A stretch of 54,354 nt of DNA. It comes from Ferroacidibacillus organovorans. Lineage in GTDB: Bacteria; Bacillota; Bacilli; Alicyclobacillales; SLC66. The notes beneath the pieces were generated by a model. It was not told the origin of the DNA. It searched no databases and saw only the letters and a program-made list of their open reading frames with translations. Positions within the stretch are counted from its first letter, which is position 1; the number at the start of each line of letters is the position of its first letter. Made by a program: the position numbers and the translations under genes. Where the stretch lies: positions 1-54,354 of the forward strand of contig NZ_LSUQ01000014.1 of NCBI RefSeq assembly GCF_001642725.1, in the 5' to 3' direction. Positions 1 through 10,618 of this stretch are shown here, one piece after another.

Positions 1-132
1 GTACAGTTCAAGCCCCACCTTCACACAGCGGCACGCGTCACCTAGCTTCTCGAGAAGTTCAAACGCCCGACGGCGATTCTCCACGTCGAGCGCGACGTAG
101 ATCGGCACATCGACAACATGCTGCTCGCTCAC
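1..132 (-). CDS. pyrF: Orotidine-5'-phosphate decarboxylase, N-terminal part (runs off window start)
   Basis: Manual translation from GTG at 132 gives [44 protein letters not shown], with the VALD and KVGLEL motifs. GTGA overlap with the pyrD stop. Confidence 0.93.
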   Translation of the reverse strand, partial: MSEQHVVDVPIYVALDVENRRRAFELLEKLGDACRCVKVGLELY

Positions 133-1058
133 AAAAATCGCCCTTTCGCGTGAGGTTTTGCCGCGCCAATCAGCGTGTTGATATCCTTAACGCCTGCCTC
201 GTCACAGTACGCGTGAAGCTCTTCGATGATCCGTTTGCATGCGAGCGGATCCGTGAAGTTGGCCGTCCCCACCTGGATCGCCTGTGCGCCTGCGAGCAAA
301 AATTCCACAACATCCTCACCCGTTGTGATTCCACCGATGCCAATGACCGGAATCTTTACATGTGAGGTAACCTCGTACACCATGCGCACGGCGATCGGCT
401 TGATCGCAGGACCTGAGAGACCGCCCTGGCCATTGGCCAAAAGGGGAGCGCGGCGGGCGATGTCGATTTTCATGCCGATCAACGTATTAATGAGGGAGAT
501 CGCATCGGCGCCTGCCTCCTCCACCGCGAGCGCCATTTCGGAGATGCTCGTCACATTGGGCGACAGTTTGACGATCACTGGCGTGCGCGACGCGCGCTTT
601 ACGGCGCGCACCATCGATGCGGCCATCTCCGGGTCTGTGCCAAACTGAATCCCACCACACTTGACGTTTGGACAGGAAATGTTCAGTTCGATCGCCGACA
701 CGTCAGGGCTGTCATTCAAACGCTCAACCACCTGCACGTAGTCTTCCATTGCATTGCCGGCGACGTTTACGATGATCGGGATCCCGTATTTGCGAAGCGG
801 TGGAAGTTCTGTCTCTATGACGCGCTCAACGCCCGGATTTTGTAGTCCAATGGCGTTTAACATCCCCGCCGCCGTCTCCGCCAGGCGCGGCGTCTTATTG
901 CCCTGCCGTTCATCAAGCGTCGTCGCCTTCACAACGATTGCACCAAGCACGCTTAGATCATAGAATGCGGCGACCTCTTTCCCGAAAGAAAAGCAGCCGG
1001 ATGCTGGCATCACCGGATTTTTGAGGTGAAGCGAACCCACCTTAACTGCGAGATTCAC
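129..1058 (-). CDS. pyrD: Dihydroorotate dehydrogenase family 1B, catalytic subunit
   Basis: [27 protein letters not shown] and [10 protein letters not shown] motifs; follows pyrK. Confidence 0.97.
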   Translation of the reverse strand: MNLAVKVGSLHLKNPVMPASGCFSFGKEVAAFYDLSVLGAIVVKATTLDERQGNKTPRLAETAAGMLNAIGLQNPGVERVIETELPPLRKYGIPIIVNVAGNAMEDYVQVVERLNDSPDVSAIELNISCPNVKCGGIQFGTDPEMAASMVRAVKRASRTPVIVKLSPNVTSISEMALAVEEAGADAISLINTLIGMKIDIARRAPLLANGQGGLSGPAIKPIAVRMVYEVTSHVKIPVIGIGGITTGEDVVEFLLAGAQAIQVGTANFTDPLACKRIIEELHAYCDEAGVKDINTLIGAAKPHAKGRFL

Positions 1059-1834
1059 GAAAAGACCACCTCCTCAGCCGGAAAGACGGGGCCTTCGACA
1101 CACGTCTTGACATACGACTCGCGCCCCTCGCGCCGCACCTTGTGCACACACCCCACACAGATGCCGATGCCACATCCCATGCGCTCTTCAAGCGAGAGAT
1201 AGCCCGGAATGTCGCGCTCACGCAACACCGTCTGCACCGCGCGCAGCATTGGCGTCGGCCCACACGCATAATAGCGCGTCACGCCTTCACACTGTTCGGG
1301 CGTGAGTACGTCTGTCACACGCCCACGCACACCTTCTGTCCCGTCATCCGTCACGAGATGGACCTGTCCATACGCTTTGAGCTCCTCGCGCAGGATGATT
1401 TGATCAGCCGTTTGAAAGCCGATGACGGAGACCACCTCACTGCCCTGCGCGTGAAGATGGCGCGCTAACTCGACGAGCGGCGGCACACCGATGCCCCCCC
1501 CGATGAGAAGCGCCCGACGATCCCCCGCGTGAAGCGGGAATCCCTTTCCGAGTGGCCCCAGCACATCAATCGCATCCCCGGCTCGCAAGCGCGCAAGCCG
1601 CCGCGTGCCCGCACCCTGCGCGCGATACATCACCGTAAGCGCGTTTCGCTCAACGTGCACCTGACAGAGTGAAAGCGGACGACGCAACACAAAATCGAAC
1701 GAGTCCGTGACGCGCAGATGCAAAAACTGTCCCGGCTCATAGCCTCCTTCGCTCAGTTTTAACGGCGCTGAAAACGTGAGTGCGTAAAGTTCAGGACCGA
1801 TGACACGCTGCTCAAGCACGCGCTGTACTGCCAT
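1055..1834 (-). CDS. pyrK: Dihydroorotate dehydrogenase electron transfer subunit
   Basis: LRRPLS FAD motif, GGGIGVPP, and [11 protein letters not shown]...C 2Fe-2S motif. ATG at 1834 has SD GGAGGTGG. Confidence 0.96.
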   Translation of the reverse strand: MAVQRVLEQRVIGPELYALTFSAPLKLSEGGYEPGQFLHLRVTDSFDFVLRRPLSLCQVHVERNALTVMYRAQGAGTRRLARLRAGDAIDVLGPLGKGFPLHAGDRRALLIGGGIGVPPLVELARHLHAQGSEVVSVIGFQTADQIILREELKAYGQVHLVTDDGTEGVRGRVTDVLTPEQCEGVTRYYACGPTPMLRAVQTVLRERDIPGYLSLEERMGCGIGICVGCVHKVRREGRESYVKTCVEGPVFPAEEVVFS

Positions 1835-4800
1835 TCGCGCCACCTCCCTGTATGGGGAGTGCCAACGGCTCTGTTTGAAAGCGAATGCTTGTGAGCACCT
1901 CATAGACGGCGCGCGCGGTGTCGAGAGACGTGAGACAAGGAATTGCGTTTTCCACTGCCTCACGCCGAATGCGAAACCCATCACGCTCAGGCGCCCGCCC
2001 GCGCGTCAGGGTATTGATGACCATTGTCGCCTCGCCGCTGCGAATCAAATCGAGCAGTGACGTTTCCTGCCCGGCTGACAGCTTGTTCACGAGTTGCGCG
2101 CGAATGCCATAGCGTTCCAGGAAGTTGGCTGTGCCTTCCGTCGCATAGATGAAAAATCCGAGCTTTGCAAAACCGCGCAGGATGGGAAGCGCCTCTTCTT
2201 TATCCTTGTCTGCAATCGTCGCGATCAGCGCCCCTTGCGTCGGCAGGCGAAACCCTGCCGCGAGCAACCCTTTGTAGAGTGCCTTTGGAAAACTCTGATC
2301 TGTCCCCATCACTTCACCGGTTGACTTCATCTCGGGACCAAGTTCCACATCGACATCGCGCAATTTAGCAAACGAGAAGACAGGAACCTTGACTGAAACC
2401 GTCTGCGCTTCGCGAACCAACCCTGTCTCATAGCCGATGTCTTTTAATTTGCCACCCATCACAGCGTGCATCGCGACATCCACCATCGGGATGCGTGTGA
2501 TCTTGCTTAAAAACGGGACCGTTCGCGATGAGCGAGGATTCACCTCAATCACATAGACGCGTTCATCCTGAATGACGAACTGTATGTTCACGAGACCCAA
2601 GACACCGAGTTCGCGCGCGATCTTGATCGTGATCAAAGCGATGCGCTCGCGCACGCCGCTTGACAGCGACTGTGCCGGATAGACTGCAATCGAGTCGCCT
2701 GAGTGAACGCCTGAGCGCTCGACATGCTCCATGATCCCCGGAATCACGACCGTCTCCCCGTCTGAGATCGCGTCGACTTCCACTTCTGTTCCAAGCATAT
2801 AGCGATCAATCAACACAGGTTGATCCTTTGACACGCTGACGGCCTCGCGCATATAGCGGGTGAGCTCTGCCACCGAGTCGACTATTTGCATGGCGCGACC
2901 GCCAAGCACGTAGGAGGGGCGCACGAGCAGCGGGAACGCCAGCTTCTCTGCCGCCACAATTGCCTCTTGCTCGCTCGTCACCGAAACGCCCTGCGGACGC
3001 TCGATCGAGAGTTTCGTAAGCATTTCGTCGAACCGTTCACGGTTCTCCGCGCGATCAATATCATCGACCGTTGTACCGAGAATGCGGATTCCGCGCTCTG
3101 TGAGCGGTTTGGCCAGATTGATTGCCGTTTGCCCACCGTATTGAACGATGACGCCAAGCGGCTTCTCCCGCTCAATCACGTGCATGACATCCTCAATATG
3201 AAGCGGTTCGAAATAGAGGCGATCGGACATGTTGAAATCCGTCGAGACCGTCTCCGGGTTATTGTTAATGACCACCGCGTCATACCCTTGTGCGCGCAAC
3301 GCGAGCGATGCGTGCACGGAACAGTAGTCAAACTCGATGCCTTGCCCGATGCGAATCGGACCTGACCCAAGAACGAGCACCGCGCGATTCTCACCGCGCG
3401 CCACCTCATCTTCCTGCTCATAGGTTGAGTAAAAATAGGGCGTCACCGCCTCAAACTCGGCGGCACACGTATCGACCATTTTATAGACAGGGCGCAGCTT
3501 TTGCGCCATGCGCAGCGCATAGATTTTCGTCTCATCCTGGCCTGTCAAGCGTGCGATCCACGCATCGGTAAAGCCGAGCCGCTTTGCTTCATAGAGCGTC
3601 TCATTATCCAACATTTTCGCGATGCGCTCCGCCATCTCGGCGATGTGCAACAGTTTATCAAGAAAGAAACAGTCGATCTTGGTGATCTCGTGAAGCGTTT
3701 GCGGAGTTTCCCCGCGCGTCAGAAGTTCATAGAGCACAAAGAGCCGCTCGTCATCCGCATGCGCGATGCGCGCGAGAAGATCTCCGGTCTTTGTCGCCGC
3801 ATACGCGCGTGAATCGAGGCCGTCCTGCCCGATCTCAAGCGAGCGCACCGCTTTTTGCAGCGACTCTTCAAACGAGCGCCCAAGCGCCATCACCTCACCC
3901 GTCGCCTTCATCTGCGTGCCCAAGCGACGGTTGGCCGACGCAAACTTGTCAAACGGCCAGCGCGGAATTTTCGTGACGACATAGTCGAGCGCCGGTTCAA
4001 AACTCGCGTACGTTTTTCCCGTGATCGGATTCATCAGTTCATTGAGCGTGTACCCGAGCGCAATCTTTGCCGCCATTTTGGCAATCGGATAACCTGTCGC
4101 CTTTGACGCGAGCGCGCTGCTGCGGCTGACGCGCGGGTTCACTTCGATCACATAGTACTGTAGGCTGTGCGGGTCCAGCGCAAACTGGATGTTACAGCCC
4201 CCCTCGATACCGAGCGCGCGAATGATGCGCAAGCTCGCCGAGCGCAGCATCTGATACTCTGTGTCAGAGAGTGTCTGGCTCGGCGCCACCACGATACTGT
4301 CGCCCGTGTGCACACCGACTGGGTCAAAGTTTTCCATGTTACAAATCACGATGCAGTTGTCTGCGCCGTCGCGCATCACTTCGTACTCTACTTCCTTGCA
4401 CCCCGCGATGCTTCGCTCAAGCAGCACCTGTGAGATCGGCGAGAGATTGAGTCCGAGTTCCGTGAGTGCACGAAATTCTTCGTACGTCGCTGCAATGCCT
4501 CCACCTGTCCCGCCAAGCGTGTACGCCGGACGAATGATGACAGGCAGTCCCACGCGTTCGACAAATGCACTTGCCTCGCCCATCGTCGTGACAATTTGGC
4601 TGTCCGGGATCGGTTCGCCGAGCTTTTGCATCAATGCCTTAAACTCCGCGCGATCTTCCGCCATTTTGATGGAAGGAAGCTTAGTGCCGAGCAGTTTAAC
4701 ACCCGTCTGCTCAAGCACGCCCGCTTCAGCGAGCGCGACGGCAAGGTTCAGTCCCGTCTGCCCGCCAAGCGTCGCCAGCACCCCATCTGGGCGCTCATAG

Positions 4801-5036
4801 CGGATAATCTGCGCCAAGAAATCAACGGTCAACGGCTCGACATAGACGCGATCCGCCATATCCGGATCGGTCATAATGGTTGCCGGGTTTGAGTTGACGA
4901 GAATCACGCGCACGCCTTCCTCGCGCAGCGCCTGACAAGCCTGCGTACCCGCATAGTCAAACTCAGCCGCCTGTCCAATGACAATCGGTCCTGAGCCGAT
5001 CACGAGAACGGTCTGAATCCCATCCAATTTAGGCAT
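1812..5036 (-). CDS. carB: Carbamoyl-phosphate synthase large subunit
   Basis: [18 protein letters not shown], two ATP-grasp halves and a C-terminal MGS domain. Start MPKLDG at 5036 has SD GGAGG. Confidence 0.98.
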   Translation of the reverse strand: MPKLDGIQTVLVIGSGPIVIGQAAEFDYAGTQACQALREEGVRVILVNSNPATIMTDPDMADRVYVEPLTVDFLAQIIRYERPDGVLATLGGQTGLNLAVALAEAGVLEQTGVKLLGTKLPSIKMAEDRAEFKALMQKLGEPIPDSQIVTTMGEASAFVERVGLPVIIRPAYTLGGTGGGIAATYEEFRALTELGLNLSPISQVLLERSIAGCKEVEYEVMRDGADNCIVICNMENFDPVGVHTGDSIVVAPSQTLSDTEYQMLRSASLRIIRALGIEGGCNIQFALDPHSLQYYVIEVNPRVSRSSALASKATGYPIAKMAAKIALGYTLNELMNPITGKTYASFEPALDYVVTKIPRWPFDKFASANRRLGTQMKATGEVMALGRSFEESLQKAVRSLEIGQDGLDSRAYAATKTGDLLARIAHADDERLFVLYELLTRGETPQTLHEITKIDCFFLDKLLHIAEMAERIAKMLDNETLYEAKRLGFTDAWIARLTGQDETKIYALRMAQKLRPVYKMVDTCAAEFEAVTPYFYSTYEQEDEVARGENRAVLVLGSGPIRIGQGIEFDYCSVHASLALRAQGYDAVVINNNPETVSTDFNMSDRLYFEPLHIEDVMHVIEREKPLGVIVQYGGQTAINLAKPLTERGIRILGTTVDDIDRAENRERFDEMLTKLSIERPQGVSVTSEQEAIVAAEKLAFPLLVRPSYVLGGRAMQIVDSVAELTRYMREAVSVSKDQPVLIDRYMLGTEVEVDAISDGETVVIPGIMEHVERSGVHSGDSIAVYPAQSLSSGVRERIALITIKIARELGVLGLVNIQFVIQDERVYVIEVNPRSSRTVPFLSKITRIPMVDVAMHAVMGGKLKDIGYETGLVREAQTVSVKVPVFSFAKLRDVDVELGPEMKSTGEVMGTDQSFPKALYKGLLAAGFRLPTQGALIATIADKDKEEALPILRGFAKLGFFIYATEGTANFLERYGIRAQLVNKLSAGQETSLLDLIRSGEATMVINTLTRGRAPERDGFRIRREAVENAIPCLTSLDTARAVYEVLTSIRFQTEPLALPIQGGGANGSTARA

Positions 5037-6120
5037 GTGCGGCACCTCCACGCTGCTCATCAATCATTTTCATAAACTCGTCAAAGAGATATTCACTGTC
5101 ATCCGGTCCGGGCTTTGCCTCAGGGTGAAACTGTACAGAAAACGCGCGCAGTTCACGGTGCGTGACACCTTCAATTGATCCGTCGTTTTGGTTCACGTGC
5201 GTGACATCAAGCGGCGAGTCGCCAAGCGATTCATCAGCGACAACGTAGCCGTGATTCTGTGATGTGATGTACACCCGCTGATCTCGCAAATCGCGCACGG
5301 GATGATTCACACCGCGATGGCCAAAGCGCAACTTCTCCGTCTTTGCGCCGCACGCCAGACTGAGTAACTGATGCCCCATACAAATTCCAAAAATTGGGAT
5401 GACACCAAGCAGTGAACGGATCGTCTCGACAATCACGCCCAGATCCGCCGGATCTCCCGGACCGTTTGACATCATGAGTCCCTCTGGCTGCCAGGCGAGG
5501 ATTTCCTCGCGCGAGCTGTACGCGGGCATGACGATCAAATCGCAACCGCGCGCAGTCAGCGAGCGCACTGTGTTCATCTTGACGCCAAGATCAAGCAGCA
5601 CGACGCGGCGCAAAGGGCCCGGGATACGATAGGGTGTGTCCGTTGTCACTTGCGCCACTTGGTCGCGCAACGTCGCCGTTTCACTCAATTGAAGCAGCAA
5701 GTCACGCGTAGACTCATCTGAGGTGGTGATCATACCGCGCATCGTCCCATGCTTGCGAAGCGTACGCGTAAGCTGTCGCGTATCGATGCCCTCGATGCCA
5801 ACGACGTGATGCTCCTTCAGATACGCATCAAGCGTCATCTGCATCTGATGATGACTCGGGTGGGTCGCCGCCTCGCGTACGACAAAGCCGCTCGCCCATG
5901 GACGCAGGGACTCGCTGTCATTGACGCTCACACCGTAGTTTCCAATGAGTGGATAGGTCATCGTCACGATCTGACCGCAGTAGGACGGATCCGTCAACAC
6001 TTCCTGGTACCCGGTCATGCCCGTATTAAAGACCACCTCACCGAGCGCCGTGCCTTCGCTGCCAACACTCTTTCCTACAAACTCTGTTCCGTCTTCAAGA
6101 ATCAACCGCGCTTTATTCAC
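5029..6120 (-). CDS. carA: Carbamoyl-phosphate synthase small subunit
   Basis: [28 protein letters not shown] and QFHPE glutaminase motifs. Confidence 0.98.
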   Translation of the reverse strand: MNKARLILEDGTEFVGKSVGSEGTALGEVVFNTGMTGYQEVLTDPSYCGQIVTMTYPLIGNYGVSVNDSESLRPWASGFVVREAATHPSHHQMQMTLDAYLKEHHVVGIEGIDTRQLTRTLRKHGTMRGMITTSDESTRDLLLQLSETATLRDQVAQVTTDTPYRIPGPLRRVVLLDLGVKMNTVRSLTARGCDLIVMPAYSSREEILAWQPEGLMMSNGPGDPADLGVIVETIRSLLGVIPIFGICMGHQLLSLACGAKTEKLRFGHRGVNHPVRDLRDQRVYITSQNHGYVVADESLGDSPLDVTHVNQNDGSIEGVTHRELRAFSVQFHPEAKPGPDDSEYLFDEFMKMIDEQRGGAAHA

Positions 6121-7412
6121 CTTATTGACTCCTCCTTCGCTGCACGCGTAAATACAATCTTACCGCGATGGATGGTAAGTGTCGGCCAACCAGTCAGTTC
6201 CCGTCCTGCAAACGGCGTCGCCCGCCCTTTTGAATAAAAGGTTTCCGGGTCGACACGCCGAAAAGCGTGAGGATCAATGAGCGTCAAGTCTGCATATCCG
6301 CCCACGTTAAGAATGCCCGCATGCAGCTTAAAACGCTCCGCCGGTATGCGCGCCATCGAATCAACCAATTTGCCAAGCGCCATAATTCCGCTGTGCACAA
6401 ACGCGGTATACATCAGCGGGAAACTGATCTCAAGGCCAACAAACCCAAAAGGGGACGCTTCAATCGGTCGCGCCTTCTCTTCCGCAGTATGCGGCGCGTG
6501 ATCGGTTGCGATCATCGAGAGTGTTCCGTCGATCAACCCTTCAACGCAGGCGGCGCGATCTGTCGCAGCGCGAAGTGGGGGATTCACCTTTCCCCACGCG
6601 CCAACGCGCAACGCTTCTTCTTGCGTGAGCAGGAGGTGGTGAGGCGTAACCTCTGCCGTGACAGGAATTCCCGCGCGAATCGCGTCGCGAATCACGCGGA
6701 CAGCACTTTTCGGGCTCACGTGGCAAAAATGAACCGCGCCGCCTGTCGCCTCGCTGAGCACAATGTCCCGCGCGATCATCACGGCTTCTGCCTCACTCGG
6801 AATTCCTTTGATTGAAAGCTCCTTTGCGACTTCTCCATCGTGCAAGTGTCCGTCGCGAGAAAGCGTCTCGTCTTCTGCGTGCACGACAATCGGCACAGCG
6901 AGTTCCTTTGCGCAAAGTAGCGCCTGGCGCATAACATCCGCGCGCTGTACACCTTTCCCGTCATCCGTAAATCCGACTGCGCCCGCCGCGATGAGCGCCG
7001 CAAAATCGGTCAGTGTCTCGCCGCGCAATCCATGCGTGATCGCCGCAATCGGATGAACCTTTGCATAGCCATAGGAATCCGCTTTTTCAATGATCGCTTC
7101 GACAATCTCTTTCGTGTCGATGACAGGGGAGGTGTTTGGCATACAACAGACATGGGCGAAACCACCCGCGGCTGCCGCCTTTGTGCCCGTCTCGATCGTT
7201 TCTTTGGCGGTCTGCCCCGGTTCTCTCAGGTGCACATGCGGATCGACCAACCCTGGTAAAACGATGCGATCACGCGCGTCGATCACCTGGCTGTCCGTCA
7301 AAGGCAAGTGTGCCCCCATTTCCACAATGCGATCTCCGTCAATGCGCAGATCGAGTTCCTCGAGTGAACCATCGGGACACAATACGCGTCCTCCGCGAAT
7401 CAAGTAACGCAT
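6117..7412 (-). CDS. pyrC: Dihydroorotase
   Basis: DPHVHLREPG, MPNT, KVNPPLR and ATDHAPH motifs. Start MRYLIRGG at 7412 has SD GAGGTG. Confidence 0.97.
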   Translation of the reverse strand: MRYLIRGGRVLCPDGSLEELDLRIDGDRIVEMGAHLPLTDSQVIDARDRIVLPGLVDPHVHLREPGQTAKETIETGTKAAAAGGFAHVCCMPNTSPVIDTKEIVEAIIEKADSYGYAKVHPIAAITHGLRGETLTDFAALIAAGAVGFTDDGKGVQRADVMRQALLCAKELAVPIVVHAEDETLSRDGHLHDGEVAKELSIKGIPSEAEAVMIARDIVLSEATGGAVHFCHVSPKSAVRVIRDAIRAGIPVTAEVTPHHLLLTQEEALRVGAWGKVNPPLRAATDRAACVEGLIDGTLSMIATDHAPHTAEEKARPIEASPFGFVGLEISFPLMYTAFVHSGIMALGKLVDSMARIPAERFKLHAGILNVGGYADLTLIDPHAFRRVDPETFYSKGRATPFAGRELTGWPTLTIHRGKIVFTRAAKEESIR

Positions 7413-7430
7413 TCTACGACACACCTCACT

Positions 7431-7459
7431 TTTATACAATATAATGAATAAAAATTCAA
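7431..7459 (-). promoter_or_regulatory. Candidate internal sigmaA promoter upstream of pyrC
   Basis: TTGAAT-17 nt-TATAAA on the minus strand in an unusually AT-rich spacer. Confidence 0.4.
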
Positions 7460-8373
7460 TCGGTTGTTAGGCATTCTTTTAAGACAGCCATGCGCACAGG
7501 GACACCATAGTGAGACTGACGGAAATACGCAGCGCGCGCATCGCGGTCGACCACTGGGTCGATCTCACCGGCGCGCGGAAGCGGGTGCATGATGATACTG
7601 CGCGCAGGAAGCTTGTCGAGTATGCGTGCGTCGATCACATACTTTGAGCGTAACGCTTCATAGTGTTCGACACTCGGAAAACGTTCTTTTTGCACGCGCG
7701 TCTGGTAAAGCACATCCGCCTTTGCGGCGGCGCGCGCCAAATCTGGCTCAAACGAGACGTGTACGCCGCGCGCCTCCGCGTATGCAATCACATCCGCCGG
7801 AAGCGGGATCGACTCTGGCGCCGTACAGACAATGCGCACGCCGCGAAACAAGCTGAGCAGATAGACCAGCGAGTGGACTGTACGTCCGTAGAGCAGATCG
7901 CCAACAAGCGTCACCGTGAGATCGTCGAGCCGTCCCACTTCTGTCAGAATCGTGAACATGTCAAGCAGCGCCTGGGTTGGGTGTTCGCCCGCCCCATCGC
8001 CCGCGGAAAGCACTGGGATCGAGCTCACATCTGCCGCGCGCGCGGCCGCTCCGATCTCCGGATGGCGCAAAACAATCACATCGGCGTATCCAGCGACGAC
8101 GCGAATCGTATCCTCAAGCGTTTCACCCTTTACGGCCGAGGAAAACTCCTTGGCGTTCTCTGTGCTGACAACACGCCCATTGAGGCGCAGCATCGCCGTC
8201 TCAAAAGAGAGTCGCGTCCGCGTAGACGGTTCAAAAAACAGCGCCGCCATGACCTTGCGAGAGAGCAAATCAGCCCCCCCGCGCGCTTGAATCAAGCGCA
8301 TCTCCCCCGCTACAGAAAGAAGAGATTCGAGCGCGTCACGCGAGAACGATTTTGCACTGATCACATGTTTCAT
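7456..8373 (-). CDS. pyrB: Aspartate carbamoyltransferase catalytic subunit (HPLPR/plant-like type)
   Basis: FFEPSTRTRLSFE, HPTQALLD, YQTRVQKERF and MHPLPR motifs. Confidence 0.97.
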   Translation of the reverse strand: MKHVISAKSFSRDALESLLSVAGEMRLIQARGGADLLSRKVMAALFFEPSTRTRLSFETAMLRLNGRVVSTENAKEFSSAVKGETLEDTIRVVAGYADVIVLRHPEIGAAARAADVSSIPVLSAGDGAGEHPTQALLDMFTILTEVGRLDDLTVTLVGDLLYGRTVHSLVYLLSLFRGVRIVCTAPESIPLPADVIAYAEARGVHVSFEPDLARAAAKADVLYQTRVQKERFPSVEHYEALRSKYVIDARILDKLPARSIIMHPLPRAGEIDPVVDRDARAAYFRQSHYGVPVRMAVLKECLTTD

Positions 8374-8969
8374 TTCATCACGCCTCCCGAAACTTCTGCA
8401 CGCGCATCCGTCTGTTTGAGAAGAATCACCTGTTCTTCGCTGTCGAATTCCCGAAGTCGGACAAGCACGCGCTCGCTTCTTGCCGTCGGAATATTTTTGC
8501 CGACATAGTCCGGTCGTATCGGAAGTTCACGATGACCGCGATCAATCAATACCGCCAGTTGAATGACGGGTGGCCGCGCATGGCTCAAAAGCGCGTCAAG
8601 CGCCGCGCGCACCGTGCGCCCCGTATAGAGGACGTCATCCACGAGCAGGACTCGGCTTCTCCCAAGCTCTGGTACCCCTGCGAGCGCCGAGGGCTCAAAC
8701 GAACCAGAGGCAGCGAATGCAGTCGCGCCTTCACGCTGCTTTTGATCATCGCGATACGCTGTCACGTCCAGTGAGTACACGTTCACCTTCCGTTTTTCGA
8801 TCGCTTCAATCCGCTCAGCGAGTCGTCTTGCCAAAGGTAGGCCTTTTCGCATGATGCCGACGATGGCGAGCGGCCAATCATCTTCTGTCTTTTCCACCAC
8901 TTCATGCGCGATGCGCGTAAGCGCCCGCCGAATCGCCTGCTCGTCCAAAAGCGAGACCGATTGCACCAC
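8370..8969 (-). CDS. pyrR: Bifunctional pyr operon attenuation regulator / uracil phosphoribosyltransferase
   Basis: RRALTRIAHE, VDDVLYTGRTVRAALDAL and DRGHRELPIRPDYVGKN motifs. GTG start at 8969 or 8966 after SD GGAGAGGG. Confidence 0.96.
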   Translation of the reverse strand: MVQSVSLLDEQAIRRALTRIAHEVVEKTEDDWPLAIVGIMRKGLPLARRLAERIEAIEKRKVNVYSLDVTAYRDDQKQREGATAFAASGSFEPSALAGVPELGRSRVLLVDDVLYTGRTVRAALDALLSHARPPVIQLAVLIDRGHRELPIRPDYVGKNIPTARSERVLVRLREFDSEEQVILLKQTDARAEVSGGVMK

Positions 8970-8987
8970 AGTGCTCACCCTCTCCAC

Positions 8988-9018
8988 AAAAAAATGCTCA
9001 CCTGCGGGCAGGTGAGCA
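8988..9018 (-). terminator. pyr leader attenuator terminator
   Basis: Stem TGCTCACCTG/CAGGTGAGCA followed by a T7 run on the minus strand, just upstream of pyrR. Confidence 0.88.
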
Positions 9019-9048
9019 CATCGGCATGAGCATGCCGAATTCATTCGC

Positions 9049-9084
9049 TTCCTTACCAGCCTCACAGGACTGATTTAAAGGACT
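9049..9084 (-). promoter_or_regulatory. PyrR binding loop (pyr attenuator RNA element)
   Basis: Minus strand GTCCTTTAAATCAGTCCTGTGAGGCTGGTAAGGAA matches the CUUUAA...AGUCCnGnGAGGCU consensus. Confidence 0.93.
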
Positions 9085-9099
9085 ATTCAATTCCATCTC

Positions 9100-9129
9100 A
9101 GTGTACGTAAGTTTGCTGTCCGCTGTCAA
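9100..9129 (-). promoter_or_regulatory. sigmaA promoter of the pyr operon
   Basis: TTGACA-18 nt-TACACT directly upstream of the PyrR binding loop. Confidence 0.8.
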
Positions 9130-9130
9130 G

Positions 9131-10069
9131 CTAGAGCAGTGTTCGTCGCAGCGTCGCGAGCGTCTCTTCATAATAAGCGGGCGGATCGGCGTGAAACGTC
9201 AGCGCCTCCGTCGTGACGGGATGCATAAACGACAGCGATTTTGCGTGAAGCGCCTGCCCGTGAAGGCGAAGCGGATTTGAGCGCGCATAGAGCGGATCTC
9301 CTGCGACGGGACAGTGCATCGCTGCCATGTGAACGCGAATCTGATGTGTTCGTCCCGTTTCGAGTTGACACTCTACCCGTGTAAAACCACGAAAGGTTTC
9401 CAGTACCTTGAAATGCGTGACTGCCCGCTTCCCACCGCGGTAGGTCACTGCCATTTTTTTGCGATCATGAGGATCACGCCCAATCGGTGCGTCGATCGTT
9501 CCACTCGACGATTCCGGTTTCCCGTGGAGGATTGCGTCATAGACGCGGCGCACCGCGTGGGATTTCATCTGCTCGGAGAGCGCCTGGTGTGCGCGATCGG
9601 TCTTTGCAACAACCAAAAGCCCACTCGTATCCTTGTCGATGCGATGCACGATGCCGGGACGTTCTACACCGCCGATTCCAGAGAGTCCGCGCACATGAAA
9701 CAGGAGCGCCGACACAAGCGTTCCCCGCTCGTGTCCGGGCGCCGGGTGTACGACCATCCCTTGGGCTTTGTTGACAACGACGAGATCATCGTCTTCAAAG
9801 AGGATGTCAAGCGGAATGTTCTCCGGTTCTAATTGCAGTTCCCGGGGCTTTGGGGGATTCGCCGCAATGAGATCCCCCTCCCACACCTTCTTGCTGGCCT
9901 GGTCTGCAGTTTTACCGTTTATAGAAATAAACCCGGCTTCGATCCACTGCTGAATCTGCGTGCGCGAAACTTCGAGTCGCTCGCTAAGACAGCGGTCGAG
10001 GCGCTGCCCGCTTGAAGCTTGTAGAATCTCAAACTCTGACGTTTGGGACTGCACTTCATGTTCAGTCAC
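9131..10069 (-). CDS. rluD: RluA-family 23S rRNA pseudouridine synthase (RluD/YlyB)
   Basis: N-terminal S4 domain, VHRIDKDTSG catalytic motif and LETGRTHQIRVH. Probable GTG start at 10069 with SD AGAGGTG. Confidence 0.93.
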   Translation of the reverse strand: MTEHEVQSQTSEFEILQASSGQRLDRCLSERLEVSRTQIQQWIEAGFISINGKTADQASKKVWEGDLIAANPPKPRELQLEPENIPLDILFEDDDLVVVNKAQGMVVHPAPGHERGTLVSALLFHVRGLSGIGGVERPGIVHRIDKDTSGLLVVAKTDRAHQALSEQMKSHAVRRVYDAILHGKPESSSGTIDAPIGRDPHDRKKMAVTYRGGKRAVTHFKVLETFRGFTRVECQLETGRTHQIRVHMAAMHCPVAGDPLYARSNPLRLHGQALHAKSLSFMHPVTTEALTFHADPPAYYEETLATLRRTLL

Positions 10070-10544
10070 TGTGCACCTCTTCTGCATTTTCAGCGACGCT
10101 GCTTGTCGATTCTTTGCGAAACCACGCTCGCCACACCATATAGAACACGGAGAGAACGATCGCGCTGTCCGCGATATTAAACACAGGATAGTGAATGACC
10201 GACACATAGATATAATCGATGACATACCCGTGCAAAATGCGATCCAGCAAATTTCCCGTCGCCCCACCCATGAGACACCCAAGCGCGATTTGAAGCGACC
10301 GTTTTCCGCGTGCATAAGTGCGATTCGCATAGATGATCGCGGCGACGACGACCAGCGCAATGCCGATCAAGAGTGCGCGTTGATTCAGAAGCATGCTAAA
10401 CGCGGCGCCGCGATTCTGAATGTAGAGCCACTCCAATATCCCTGGAATGACGGGAATCGCCTGATTGACCGCCATATGTGTCACGACGATCCACTTTACA
10501 AATTGATCAAAAAAGACCACAAGGGCCGCAACAAGAAAGATCAC
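10062..10544 (-). CDS. lspA: Lipoprotein signal peptidase II
   Basis: DQFVK, NRGAAFS, GNLLDR and FNIAD motifs. GTG start at 10544 lies 7 nt after SD GGAGG. Confidence 0.96.
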   Translation of the reverse strand: MIFLVAALVVFFDQFVKWIVVTHMAVNQAIPVIPGILEWLYIQNRGAAFSMLLNQRALLIGIALVVVAAIIYANRTYARGKRSLQIALGCLMGGATGNLLDRILHGYVIDYIYVSVIHYPVFNIADSAIVLSVFYMVWRAWFRKESTSSVAENAEEVHSD

Positions 10545-10618
10545 AATCACGCCTCCTACGCATCTCATCGTACCACGATTTGCTGCGTAGAACCAAAACC
10601 ATCAAGAGCACCACGGAT

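Noticed and set aside
8970..9065. N-terminal extension of PyrR or a leader peptide
   Set aside because: It spans the attenuator RNA elements and has no SD.
10070..10360. Extended RluD N-terminus
   Set aside because: It overlaps lspA in another frame; the SD supports a start near 10069.
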